From a virus: 64,000 bases of DNA. Numbering within the stretch: the first letter of the stretch is position 1; the number at the start of each line of letters is the position of its first letter. The notes under the pieces are model-generated. The model saw only the letters and a program-made list of their open reading frames with translations. It was not told the DNA's origin and made no database searches. The translations under genes were made by a program, and so were the position numbers. The stretch covers positions 1-64,000 of IMG/VR virus record IMGVR_UViG_3300029787_000001, one strand, 5' to 3'. Shown here one piece after another: positions 55,056 to 64,000 of the stretch.

Positions 55056-55256
55056 ATGCCGACGACGAAGCTGAAGTACGATGTCGAGATTGTCTACTCA
55101 ATCCTCGGTGACGGCACTACGGGTGTTCACCGTCTGCGTTGCCGCTTGGAGGAGCTGGACAGTGCCCACACTTGGGGGGCTCTCCAGCGCGCCGGGAAGT
55201 CCCGCGCGGAGGTCCACTGTGTGCGCTGGCTCAACCGCCCGCGTCCACAGGGATAG
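55056..55256 (+). CDS. Small early protein
   Basis: Own promoter and RBS. Confidence 0.65.
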   Translation: MPTTKLKYDVEIVYSILGDGTTGVHRLRCRLEELDSAHTWGALQRAGKSRAEVHCVRWLNRPRPQG

Positions 55257-55325
55257 GGCGAAGAAGCCGCTTGACAGCCCGCCTCTGGCGGGTTACATTA
55301 CTTGTGTAATCAGACAGGAGAACTC

Positions 55326-55514
55326 ATGAAGCACCCCTTCGATGTCACCATCGCATTCCGCAAGAACATTGGTCGCCACAACGGTCCTGCCGTGTGGGAG
55401 CAGCGCGAGCGTGTCGAGCGCGTGTTCGCCGACAGCATCTGCGAAGCCCTCCACCTCGGAGAAGTTCGCTCCGGTGGTCGTGCCATTGCGTGCAAGTGTT
55501 TGTGGGATCGTTAG
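55326..55514 (+). CDS. Small early protein
   Basis: Own promoter and RBS. Confidence 0.65.
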   Translation: MKHPFDVTIAFRKNIGRHNGPAVWEQRERVERVFADSICEALHLGEVRSGGRAIACKCLWDR

Positions 55515-55522
55515 TTTGCATA

Positions 55523-55550
55523 GGGGGGCACCCCCCCCCTCCCCCCCCGG
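55523..55550. other. G6-CA-C9-T-C8 tract at a compositional boundary
   Basis: GGGGGGCACCCCCCCCCTCCCCCCCCGG; GC-rich to the left, AT-rich to the right. Confidence 0.8.
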
Positions 55551-55650
55551 AGGATAAGTCCCTTAGAACCTGGGTTATCGAGCAGGTTGCGCAAGTACAT
55601 TCACAATCACCGCCAAAAATTTCCAGAATTAAAAAACCCGGAGTAAAAAA

Positions 55651-55839
55651 ATGCCAGATATACAAATAGGAGACCTCGTGAAAGTAGAGAACAAACACTT
55701 AGAAGCGAGTCATAAATTGAGATCGAAGAATTGTTGGCTAGTTGTGGAAACAAAAGTAACCTACCAGATAGATGTGGCGTTATGCATACAAGGAAGCAGA
55801 AAGGAATGGATTAGCTTTGGCATATTGGAGAAAGTATGA
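55651..55839 (+). CDS. Small KOW-like protein
   Basis: IQIGDLVKV. Confidence 0.65.
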   Translation: MPDIQIGDLVKVENKHLEASHKLRSKNCWLVVETKVTYQIDVALCIQGSRKEWISFGILEKV

Positions 55840-55958
55840 TACAAATAGGAGACCTTGTAAGAGTAGATAAAAACTCCGGTAAAAAATTTCCCACATTTGC
55901 ACCCGAGAACAAAATAAAAACTAGTTACATCGTAAGCCAACAAAGGCAGGAGACAATT

Positions 55959-56327
55959 ATGAAGATTACAAAGGCAAGATTGAAGGAAATAATCAAGGAA
56001 GAACTTGAGAATCTAAACGAAAGCCTAACCGGCACTATGGATGCAGAACGCAGATTGGCTATGGACCAAGGTCCCCGCGCATCAATGGCTAGAAAGAGCC
56101 AAGGCGCAGAGCTAAGAAGACTAGCTAGAAGCAAAGGAGAAGAGTCTCCCGAAGTTGCAGCCGCTAGACAACAATTGGTAGACAAGGGCATGCTCGACGC
56201 TCGCACGGGCAGATCTTTAACGCGCGGCAATAGCATAAATGACGTAGAAGACGCTCTTAAGGCTATGAACACCGATGCGGCTACTATGGATGCTATCATA
56301 CGCAAGCTAGAAGCCCTCTACAGGTAG
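55959..56327 (+). CDS. MKITK-tagged protein
   Basis: AGGAG RBS; MKITKARLKEIIKEELENLNE; ACTAGTTA at 55920. Confidence 0.75.
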   Translation: MKITKARLKEIIKEELENLNESLTGTMDAERRLAMDQGPRASMARKSQGAELRRLARSKGEESPEVAAARQQLVDKGMLDARTGRSLTRGNSINDVEDALKAMNTDAATMDAIIRKLEALYR

Positions 56328-56357
56328 TGTAAAAAAACAAGTAGCACACTTTACCGC

Positions 56358-56600
56358 ATGCCAAGAATTCCATCATCCCCGCTCCGTTACAAGGTCGGGG
56401 ATTTGGTTTGTCTATCGTATGACGAGTTTAAGTTGTATGGCTACGGCATAGTGATGGAAGGTCTGCCGAATAGCCTCTATAGAGTCTACTGGTTTAAAGA
56501 AAAATCCACTGAAATAGAGACGACCTTCGACATTCTGCCCGCTGAGTTGCCGGAAGGCTGGATGCAAAGCTCACACGAGACACATGTCGAGAACACGTGA
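56358..56600 (+). CDS. Small KOW-like protein
   Basis: YKVGDLV...GYGIV. Confidence 0.65.
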   Translation: MPRIPSSPLRYKVGDLVCLSYDEFKLYGYGIVMEGLPNSLYRVYWFKEKSTEIETTFDILPAELPEGWMQSSHETHVENT

Positions 56601-56802
56601 ATCTTCAGCATCGATAGCAGTCGGTGATTTAGTCGTGTTAAAACACGATTATTTCCGGCAAGTAGGCTACGGAATAGTATTGCATCCCAGCATTATGCCC
56701 CACAGGTGCTCGGTGTACTGGATAGGGCTGGACATGACCCTGGTAGAATTCTACAACGATTTAGAAAAGCCACCTTGCGGTCCCCACGCGCGGGCGTTAT
56801 AA
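56584..56802 (+). CDS. Small KOW-like protein
   Basis: IAVGDLV...GYGIV. Confidence 0.65.
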   Translation: MSRTRESSASIAVGDLVVLKHDYFRQVGYGIVLHPSIMPHRCSVYWIGLDMTLVEFYNDLEKPPCGPHARAL

Positions 56803-56838
56803 TACGGGTGTAAGCCAAATAATTTCTTTGGAGGCACT

Positions 56839-57162
56839 GTGACGTGGAAAACTTTTTTAATTGCATTCTCGGTAGGCTGTGCGGGCGACATTGCCCATTA
56901 TGATAGTGCAGAACCGCTGTATCCTATCGAGGAATGGACGTGTTCTCACAATGAGTCCCGTTTTTCCGCCCATGTGGAGGCATCTACCATTGATTTGGAA
57001 GAGTGGTCGGCAATAGACTTCTTTATTCATGACCATGATAGCAGCTATAGCTTGCCAATGAAGAAGCACGAAGATGGCTCCTGGCGAACCTACGGGAATA
57101 TCTATGAGCTTGACTGCAATTCTGATAACTTGGGTACCTCCTGGGTCTACTACGAATTGTAA
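56839..57162 (+). CDS. Lipoprotein-like protein
   Basis: GGAGG RBS; FLIAFSVG-C lipobox. Confidence 0.65.
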   Translation: MTWKTFLIAFSVGCAGDIAHYDSAEPLYPIEEWTCSHNESRFSAHVEASTIDLEEWSAIDFFIHDHDSSYSLPMKKHEDGSWRTYGNIYELDCNSDNLGTSWVYYEL

Positions 57163-57372
57163 TGTTTAATGTGTTTTGAGAATGCGCCTGTAGTGGTGGT
57201 TTTGACGATGCGGAGGTGGAAACTTTTAGCGCAAGAAAAAGTTGCGGAAAAATAGGCGGCAAAGCAAGATAATTTTTTTGCGCGTTTTGGTTACGGGCAT
57301 AGGGGTTTGCGGACTATTTAAGTGTGCTCCCGTTGTTATGTGTGTGGGAGTTTATAAAGGAACTCTCACAAC

Positions 57373-58134
57373 ATGTTTAAACTAAAATCTATTTTATTCG
57401 CTCTCGTTTTTGCCTTGGGTGGTGTCGCTTATGCTAAAGACGCCAACTCTGGACCGCTCACTAACCAAACTGTGTCCATAATCGTATCCGACGCAAGCAT
57501 GTCCATGACTGAACGCAAGGTTCGTGATGCGGCTGTTCGTGTGTTTACTGCGGGGGGCGGACATGGTTCTGGCTCTTACATCAAGCATAAGGACTTTTAT
57601 TTTGTTTTGACGGCTCAGCACGTAGCAGATGGTGCTCTTTATTCTGATTACAGAGTGAAGAAGGGCTCAGAAATCAAGAAGGCAATCCTTGTTTGGTCTG
57701 ATAAAACAGCCGACATCGCTGTTCTTGCTCTAACAAGCGAGTTTGAGACCATTTCTCCAATGGCTTTCAAGACAACATCTGACATTCCTGAGGTAGGAAC
57801 GGAGATTTCTTACTCTGGTTACCCCTCAAGGCACCAATTGATGTCTATTCGTGGTAGAGTTGCTGGTTATGAGCAGAAAATTGGGGCGGGGACGCAGATA
57901 ATGCTTCACACCTACGGGTGGTTTGGCTGCTCTGGTTCTGTGATCTACAATAAAAAAGAAGAAATCATTGGAGTTTTGTGGGGAGTTGATGTAGAATACT
58001 ACCCTGGCATGGCTGTTGTCGAAGAGATGGTCTGGGTTATCCCAGTTCAGAAACTAAAAGTAGACGAAGTTGTGGAAAACACATGCAAAATAAAAGGAAT
58101 GAAGCAACAATTGTCCCGCTTCTGTAGGAAGTGA
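57373..58134 (+). CDS. Exported trypsin-like serine protease
   Basis: Signal peptide, LTAQH, DIAVL, GCSGS. Confidence 0.85.
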   Translation: MFKLKSILFALVFALGGVAYAKDANSGPLTNQTVSIIVSDASMSMTERKVRDAAVRVFTAGGGHGSGSYIKHKDFYFVLTAQHVADGALYSDYRVKKGSEIKKAILVWSDKTADIAVLALTSEFETISPMAFKTTSDIPEVGTEISYSGYPSRHQLMSIRGRVAGYEQKIGAGTQIMLHTYGWFGCSGSVIYNKKEEIIGVLWGVDVEYYPGMAVVEEMVWVIPVQKLKVDEVVENTCKIKGMKQQLSRFCRK

Positions 58135-58135
58135 A

Positions 58136-58825
58136 TTGAAGCTACTAATTGAAAATTGGAGAAAGTTTGTCAACGAAGGCGTGAATTCTAATTTCACTGT
58201 CTCGATGGACCCTCAAGACTTTTTGACCCTAACTTATCAGGACGATGCCGACATTGAAGGCAGATCCGACTACATTCTTGGAATGCCGGGCGGATTTGAT
58301 AAGACAAAAGCCGGCAAATTGTCTCTTGTTATCAAGAAATGCTGGGATGATGGCGTAGATAAGGTTATTTCCCACGCTGGACGTGCTCGCTCTATGGCTG
58401 CTATGAAGTCTGGGGTGAAGCAGATGCCAGTAATCTTGACTTTTGTTAACTGCGACGAGAAGCCCGTGCGCGGAATGCCAAGTCTGAATTTTATTTCTGA
58501 TAGATTGGAAGGTCAATTTGATAATTCTTCTATCTCAGTAGATAAGATAGGCAAATACGAATCCCAAAGGGCTCTTGATCTTGGCACAAGAACAGAAATG
58601 TCAACAGGAGAACTGTTAAAAACCCTACGAATCACTTTTCTAGAGAAAGCTACAAATGATTATAGAATGGCTGATTTTGTTTCGGACCTAAATAAAGAAT
58701 ATAATTTTATGCTCTCAGGCGAACCCGAACAGGTGAAGGTTATGGTAAAAGATGGACTGCGCTTTCCGGGGTTTGAGTCGGATCCTCCCGAAGATTCCAA
58801 TGTAAAGGTGTTAAATAAAGAATAA
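58136..58825 (+). CDS. MKLLxENW-tagged protein with ParB/Srx-like segment
   Basis: MKLLIENWRKFVNE; SHAGRAR.MAA...G....PV. Confidence 0.75.
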   Translation: MKLLIENWRKFVNEGVNSNFTVSMDPQDFLTLTYQDDADIEGRSDYILGMPGGFDKTKAGKLSLVIKKCWDDGVDKVISHAGRARSMAAMKSGVKQMPVILTFVNCDEKPVRGMPSLNFISDRLEGQFDNSSISVDKIGKYESQRALDLGTRTEMSTGELLKTLRITFLEKATNDYRMADFVSDLNKEYNFMLSGEPEQVKVMVKDGLRFPGFESDPPEDSNVKVLNKE

Positions 58826-58827
58826 CA

Positions 58828-59469
58828 ATGAAACTACTGCTTGAAAATTGGCGCGCTTATCTGGATGAAGAGCAGATAAACGAAAAAATGATGCTGAAAC
58901 CCGGTCCGCAGGGCTGGGATCTCTACGCACAGTTGGTTGGCGATGCCTATTTGGCTGCTCCCAAGTTTGAACAGAGGGCAGTCCCGCATTTTCAAGCTAT
59001 GACACCCTTTCTGGAAAAAATGTTTAAGAGGATCTCAAGCAGAGTAGACATAGAATTCGTTGATTACCACCCCTATAACACAGCAGCAGAGCTAAGAGAT
59101 GCAGTAAACAGCACTGGAAAGATGAAAGTTGCTACAATTGACGCCGAACATGATGTGTTTGACGAAATTACGAACGCAAAATTCAGAGCGGTCCACGATT
59201 ACATGTCCCACATTCAGGCAATCGGCTCACGAGGAACCGAATTTGATTTGAGAGGGGAACTTGCCTCTTATAATGCTCACCTCAAAACAATGCCACAGGA
59301 GTCTATTCCTGCCTTATTTACCGAGATTGTCGGACAGACTTGTGCTTACCACGCTGGTGGCGGCACTTTCGCAGAACAGAAGATCTGTCTATTAGATGGC
59401 TTTGATTACATCAATCTTGGTGTTGTCGAAGGCTATGACATAGTTAATAAGGAATTGGTAAAGAAATGA
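58828..59469 (+). CDS. MKLLxENW-tagged protein
   Basis: MKLLLENWRAYLDE; FRAVHDYMSH. Confidence 0.8.
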   Translation: MKLLLENWRAYLDEEQINEKMMLKPGPQGWDLYAQLVGDAYLAAPKFEQRAVPHFQAMTPFLEKMFKRISSRVDIEFVDYHPYNTAAELRDAVNSTGKMKVATIDAEHDVFDEITNAKFRAVHDYMSHIQAIGSRGTEFDLRGELASYNAHLKTMPQESIPALFTEIVGQTCAYHAGGGTFAEQKICLLDGFDYINLGVVEGYDIVNKELVKK

Positions 59470-60119
59470 AACTACTACTTGAAAATTGGCGAAAGTTCTT
59501 GACTGAAAATGAGGCGGCTTACTTCCCTTGGCTAGAAGAATTAGAAGCGCAAGGTGGAGAAGCCCTTATGGGTCCTGATTTTCAACAAGCAGGCTCAGGA
59601 GCATTCCGTGTTGTCTTCAAGCCAAAAGGAGATGAGGACCATGTCATCAAGCTATCGAAAGATCCTCGCAACAATTGGATGAACAAGATAGAGTCCGAAA
59701 CAGCCAATTCTTACCCCGATTTGTTTCCAAAGACATTTGCTCATGCTGATGATTGGGAATGGATTGTCCAAGAGGCTGTCGAAGTGCTGACCCGAAGAAA
59801 CGAGCAGCAAATGCGTGTTATGTTGCAGAAGACTTTTCCAAACATCTATGTTGTCTTCAAGGGTGCAACTCTAAAAGATCATGAGCTTTCTGGCTTATGG
59901 AGCGACATTGTTGATGCAGCAAGGGGTCCTTACGCAACAAAAGACCAGAAGATTTTTGATTTTGGAATAAAGAACGAAAAAGCCTTCATCCAGCTTGCTT
60001 CAGCTATCTCTAAATTTAAGATAGACAGCGAAGATCTGGGTTATGGCAACATAGGAATAAATGAACAAGGACAATTAAGGATCTTAGATGCCTCTGTGCT
60101 TCTCAGACCAAAGGAATAA
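59466..60119 (+). CDS. MKLLxENW-tagged kinase-like (PK/APH fold) protein
   Basis: GSGAFRVVF, VIKL, ED.GYGNIG, ILDAS. Confidence 0.7.
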   Translation: MKLLLENWRKFLTENEAAYFPWLEELEAQGGEALMGPDFQQAGSGAFRVVFKPKGDEDHVIKLSKDPRNNWMNKIESETANSYPDLFPKTFAHADDWEWIVQEAVEVLTRRNEQQMRVMLQKTFPNIYVVFKGATLKDHELSGLWSDIVDAARGPYATKDQKIFDFGIKNEKAFIQLASAISKFKIDSEDLGYGNIGINEQGQLRILDASVLLRPKE

Positions 60120-60121
60120 TT

Positions 60122-60601
60122 ATGAAACTACTACTTGAAAATTGGCGTCAATTTATGAATGAGGATGTGCGAGTCACATTTAAAAAAGCAATTGATTTGG
60201 TCTGCCCCCCAGCAACACAGGACTTGGAACTTAACACGAAGAACCGTGATTCCGCAATTCATGCTGAACACATTCAGTACGGTCCTCTGAATGTCGGAAT
60301 GCCCGGTGACTACTGGGAAGAAATCGCCGACTACTGGAACACAACTGAAGAGGCAGCCGAAGCTTCTAACTGTGGGGTTTGCACTGCTTTTGACATTTCT
60401 CCTAGAATGTTGGAATGCATGCCCGGCGAAACATCCGATGAAGACGGTGTTCTCGGCTATTGCTGGATGCATAACTTCAAGTGTCACTCTGCGCGTGCTT
60501 GTAGAACTTGGGCAAAGGGTGGACCCATAGAGGAAGATTCAGTTTCTGCTGATTGGCAGGAGCGCTCAAACATAGGTAAAGAGAATGAAACTACTGATTG
60601 A
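60122..60601 (+). CDS. MKLLxENW-tagged Cys-rich protein
   Basis: CGVC...F, GYCWMHNFKCHSARACRTW. Confidence 0.8.
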   Translation: MKLLLENWRQFMNEDVRVTFKKAIDLVCPPATQDLELNTKNRDSAIHAEHIQYGPLNVGMPGDYWEEIADYWNTTEEAAEASNCGVCTAFDISPRMLECMPGETSDEDGVLGYCWMHNFKCHSARACRTWAKGGPIEEDSVSADWQERSNIGKENETTD

Positions 60602-61271
60602 AAACTGGCGTAAGTTCTTGGCTGAAGAAGAAGTTCTAGTTGAGAAATGCTGGGACGGCTACAGACAAGCTGGGCTTAAAAAGAAAGGTGACCGAATGGT
60701 CCCCAACTGTGTCCCAATTGGTGGAAAGAAAGACGAAGCAATGGAGATAAATGAAGAGCAAGGTCAATACATCGGCACTATTGACGATGTGGGCTCTGAC
60801 CTTTATCGCATCTCCAAGCGCTATGGAGACAAGGGCGACAATTATGAACGATTTCAGAAGGGAGCCAAGGTCATAAGGTCCCGTAACACGTCCGCAGATG
60901 ACCAGCAGCCCTATCTAAATTCTGATGGAGACCCAGAGCATAGGATTTATTTTTTCGGCTCTGGAGACGACGCTAAGGCTGCTATGATGTCCGACACACA
61001 AGAGTTGGAAGCAATCGTCGGCGACTTTTCTGACGCAGACAAGGAAAAAGGCATCAATGAGAATTTGTTGTTAGTCCGCATTTCGATGAACCAAGTTCCA
61101 AAAGAGGTTGAATTCTTCACCGATTACGAATTGGAAGGAACTCCCTACGATGCTATTTATGGTGCGTACCCAGATGGTCGGGCTTGGACTCTCGCCCCCA
61201 AATCAAATGACATTCAGTTAGCGACCGATCTACTTAACTATGAAGAGGACGATTACTATGAAGATTACTAA
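60585..61271 (+). CDS. MKLLxENW-tagged protein with CWDGY..VPNCVP module
   Basis: MKLLIENWRKFLAE; CWDGYRQAGLKKKGDRMVPNCVP. Confidence 0.8.
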   Translation: MKLLIENWRKFLAEEEVLVEKCWDGYRQAGLKKKGDRMVPNCVPIGGKKDEAMEINEEQGQYIGTIDDVGSDLYRISKRYGDKGDNYERFQKGAKVIRSRNTSADDQQPYLNSDGDPEHRIYFFGSGDDAKAAMMSDTQELEAIVGDFSDADKEKGINENLLLVRISMNQVPKEVEFFTDYELEGTPYDAIYGAYPDGRAWTLAPKSNDIQLATDLLNYEEDDYYEDY

Positions 61272-61482
61272 AGAAAGACTAAAGCAAATTATCAAGGAAG
61301 AGCTTGAGAATGTTATGGAAGTTGAGCGCGCGTGGTGCGTTGGCTTTGAAAAAGACGGCAAAATGCACCACGAACAGGTCAATGCTGACGCTGGTGGAGT
61401 TGCCGAGAGAAAAATAAAAAAGAAGCACGATGTGGGCGATGCCGCAATCAAGAGCACCAAAGAAGGTAAGTGTCCTCGATGA
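61258..61482 (+). CDS. MKITK-tagged small protein
   Basis: MKITKERLKQIIKEEL; TCTACTTA at 61229. Confidence 0.75.
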   Translation: MKITKERLKQIIKEELENVMEVERAWCVGFEKDGKMHHEQVNADAGGVAERKIKKKHDVGDAAIKSTKEGKCPR

Positions 61483-61700
61483 AAATTACAAAGACAAGAC
61501 TAAGGCAGATCATCAAGGAAGAACTCACCCGTCAAGACAAAGCCGATGTTAAGAAGATGGTCCAAGACGAACTTGGCAAGCTCCTTAAGAAGAAGGATGC
61601 TAAGGACCAAGTGGGCGAGATCGTAAAGAAGATTATGAAGAAGCTTTACAAGGATCTGTCACTAGAACACCCCTACATCATTGACAGGATTAAGATCTGA
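61479..61700 (+). CDS. MKITK-tagged small protein
   Basis: MKITKTRLRQIIKEEL. Confidence 0.75.
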   Translation: MKITKTRLRQIIKEELTRQDKADVKKMVQDELGKLLKKKDAKDQVGEIVKKIMKKLYKDLSLEHPYIIDRIKI

Positions 61701-61715
61701 GGTTAAATTAAGGCT

Positions 61716-61919
61716 GTGAGAGAGGACAACATCGATCCCTTCGCAGCCCAGTTTCCACAGGCAACTGTTGATGAGTGGGTTTATTATCCTAAAACCAAAT
61801 TATGTGGACTAGTTATTGGTGTTGACAACCAAACTGGTTTCATGCAGGTTCATTGTTTCGAAACTATGGATCTAAGATGGCTAACCATTTATAATTTTGG
61901 TCAATATTTGGTTTTATGA
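61716..61919 (+). CDS. Small SH3-like protein
   Basis: G.VIGVD pattern; GTG start. Confidence 0.55.
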   Translation: MREDNIDPFAAQFPQATVDEWVYYPKTKLCGLVIGVDNQTGFMQVHCFETMDLRWLTIYNFGQYLVL

Positions 61920-62098
61920 ATGAAGGTGATCTAGTTAGACTCAAAACACGGTATCCAATTTGGTTATATTCTTATGGTCTCTCTGACGGAGACTTCGGAA
62001 TTATAACCAAAATTGGCGAAGAAGAGGTGGTGGTCTACTGGCTAAAAATCAGAAGACTGTGTTCTGTAAAACCAAATCTCATTGAAGTTGTTCAATAG
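61916..62098 (+). CDS. Small KOW-like protein
   Basis: MNEGDLVRL...FGII. Confidence 0.65.
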   Translation: MNEGDLVRLKTRYPIWLYSYGLSDGDFGIITKIGEEEVVVYWLKIRRLCSVKPNLIEVVQ

Positions 62099-62107
62099 GA
62101 GAACATA

Positions 62108-62410
62108 ATGAAAGACAAATTTATTATTGGATTGTTTATGGTGAGTGCCTGCTTGACAGCGCTCTCGCTCCACTACAGGCTTAACTCAATCAACACAGAA
62201 GTGAAAAGAGTTCACGTAGAATCAATTGTTTCTTCTGGAAAGGCAATTTATTTGCCTGGAAGTGTGTGCGTGTTAAAAGCCACTTCTGAGATCGATGTAA
62301 GCAAAATGCGCGAATTTGCGGCTGCCTGCATCAACTCACATCAAGAATGGTTGCTAATCAACAACGGCAAAACTAATTACAGTGATGCCACTGAGAAAAC
62401 ACAGCCCTAG
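62108..62410 (+). CDS. Exported/TM hypothetical protein
   Basis: AGGAG RBS, hydrophobic N-terminus. Confidence 0.65.
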   Translation: MKDKFIIGLFMVSACLTALSLHYRLNSINTEVKRVHVESIVSSGKAIYLPGSVCVLKATSEIDVSKMREFAAACINSHQEWLLINNGKTNYSDATEKTQP

Positions 62411-62648
62411 TGATTTAAAAGCTGGAATTTTAATCCAAGATATCCAAACAGGAGATCTCGCCCTGTTAATCAAAAGGGTTGACTTATTTGAGTTTGTCGA
62501 AGACGAACAGCCTTTGTGGATTTGGGAAATAACTTGGACAGGTCCAGCCACAGATTCCTATAATCGACACATGCCTTTTATTGAAGAGGCGGTGCTGGGT
62601 CTCCTAGACGGTGGTGTCTGGGAAATAAAAGGCGATGACGGACATTAG
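62382..62648 (+). CDS. Small SH3-like protein
   Basis: Resembles the next ORF (WxITW); ACTAATTA at 62372. Confidence 0.6.
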   Translation: MMPLRKHSPSDLKAGILIQDIQTGDLALLIKRVDLFEFVEDEQPLWIWEITWTGPATDSYNRHMPFIEEAVLGLLDGGVWEIKGDDGH

Positions 62649-62913
62649 TGACTTGCGTGATGCCGCTTCACATGTTATCTTACGTGTGGGTGACATGATT
62701 TATGATGTCCGCACTAAATCACGAGGGTTTCTACGCAAACGAGAAAGAAGAATAGACATCGTGGAAGATGACATCTTCATTTGGTGGATCACTTGGTTTT
62801 CTCAGGACCAAGACACCGGGTTCAACAACGTTGAATACATTGAAGAAGAAGGTCTCAAGATGTCGATTATAATAGGACTCGTAGAAATCAACAGCATCAA
62901 ACAAGGAGAATAA
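62635..62913 (+). CDS. Small KOW-like protein
   Basis: LRVGDMI...WWITW. Confidence 0.65.
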   Translation: MTDISDLRDAASHVILRVGDMIYDVRTKSRGFLRKRERRIDIVEDDIFIWWITWFSQDQDTGFNNVEYIEEEGLKMSIIIGLVEINSIKQGE

Positions 62914-62914
62914 G

Positions 62915-63349
62915 ATGCCCAACTGGAATGTTTACAAGGTGTTTGCTAGCGGCAAAAGGGCTAAAAGTCCTTACACAACTTTCGAAGCTGACAAGGCTCA
63001 GCATTTTTTTGAAAACATTCTTCCCACGCTCACACCAAAGCTGAAGAAGTCTAGCTGGGTCATTCTTGATGTAGAGGCATCACAGGAGCGCCCAGAAGGT
63101 GGCACGATGACCGAAGAGGACTTGGTTACAAAAAAGCGTAATCGCTTTCTAACTGGCATCGCCGTAGAAAAATTCCCAGACATCGCTGATAAGGGCGTCT
63201 CCACCTGTCTTATGATGAATGAGGGGACAGATTGGAAATGGGCTTGGTGCTTGGCTGAAGGGGCTACCCATAAGTTTATTGGCTTCTTGTCTGAAAAGTT
63301 TGACACTAGAAAGGAGGCTGTTGCGTGGATAGAGGAGGTTGGCACTTAG
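62915..63349 (+). CDS. Hypothetical protein
   Basis: AAGGAG RBS, 144 aa. Confidence 0.7.
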   Translation: MPNWNVYKVFASGKRAKSPYTTFEADKAQHFFENILPTLTPKLKKSSWVILDVEASQERPEGGTMTEEDLVTKKRNRFLTGIAVEKFPDIADKGVSTCLMMNEGTDWKWAWCLAEGATHKFIGFLSEKFDTRKEAVAWIEEVGT

Positions 63350-63561
63350 CCCACAAAATAGGAGACCTAATAAAAGTGGTGGAAAGAACTACAATAAACC
63401 TTCATAATGTAACCACAGAAATTGGTGATTTGGGAGTTGTTGTAAGTTGCCCAAAAGAAACAAGAGGAATCTTGTTTGTTGAAGTCTACATGGTTAGGAC
63501 AGGCACAGTGCGATGGTTCTCGCCACAAGAAATAGATATAATTTCCAACATAGACGAGTAG
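63325..63561 (+). CDS. Small KOW-like protein
   Basis: KIGDLIKV...IGDLGVV; start uncertain. Confidence 0.55.
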   Translation: MDRGGWHLAHKIGDLIKVVERTTINLHNVTTEIGDLGVVVSCPKETRGILFVEVYMVRTGTVRWFSPQEIDIISNIDE

Positions 63562-63591
63562 CTCTCTATTTATTAATAGAGGGTTTTCGCA

Positions 63592-63759
63592 ATGAAGCAG
63601 ACCAATAGTTTTGTCGATTCCATGTCTCTGACATGTGTTTTGATAAACATTGGTCTGTTCTTATTTGCGTGCTGGTCTGGCTATTTACAAATACAACTAC
63701 TAGCACTATTTAATGTTGCTTGTTTTTTATTGTATTTTCTTATACTGGGGCGTAAATAA
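63592..63759 (+). CDS. Small two-TM protein
   Basis: TCTATTTA at 63565; 55 aa hydrophobic. Confidence 0.6.
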   Translation: MKQTNSFVDSMSLTCVLINIGLFLFACWSGYLQIQLLALFNVACFLLYFLILGRK

Positions 63760-64000
63760 TGTATCAAAAATTTTGGAACCAGTTCTTGGTTGAGCAAGAT
63801 GAGCTTGCTAGACCCACATTTAATGTAAGTGATGTCGCGTCTACAAGACCAGAGCCCGCACCAACACGTTCTTATCCATCTCCCTACACCACAGGTGTTG
63901 GGGCTTATTTGCTTTCCAAGGGTTATGATCTAGACAGCAAACTTGGTGGTGGCTTCGATGGAGAGGTCTACGCAGCGATAAATAAAAAAACAGGACAGAA
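63759..64000 (+). CDS. Ser/Thr protein kinase-like, N-terminal part (cut by window edge)
   Basis: MYQKFWNQFLVE tag, then YDLDSKLGGGFDGEVYAAINKKTG (subdomain I). Confidence 0.7.
   Translation, partial: MYQKFWNQFLVEQDELARPTFNVSDVASTRPEPAPTRSYPSPYTTGVGAYLLSKGYDLDSKLGGGFDGEVYAAINKKTGQ

Overview
Gene-dense segment of a large lytic dsDNA phage (huge/jumbo-phage-like). All credible genes are on the + strand and use the standard code. (1) 1-33.7 kb holds replication, nucleotide and chaperone genes (thyX end, dnaE, HNH, purA, uvsE, dut, guaB-like, clpP, groEL), three adenine MTases next to nuclease or GHKL genes, one dead MTase paralog, and probable late/virion genes. (2) 33.7-55.5 kb is an increasingly GC-rich early region built from about 36 near-identical sigma70-type promoter+RBS cassettes (TTGACA-N17-TACATT). 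They drive small genes, 8 tRNAs, tilS, a MoxR/vWA pair and several unannotated structured RNAs punctuated by a repeated hairpin. (3) After a G6-C9-C8 tract at 55.5 kb an AT-richer block encodes proteins sharing an N-terminal MKLLxENWRxFxxE or MKITKxRLxxIIKEEL tag (candidate capsid-targeting signal), often downstream of a WCTANTTA motif. All functional calls come from motif recognition by eye. No searches or folding programs were run.
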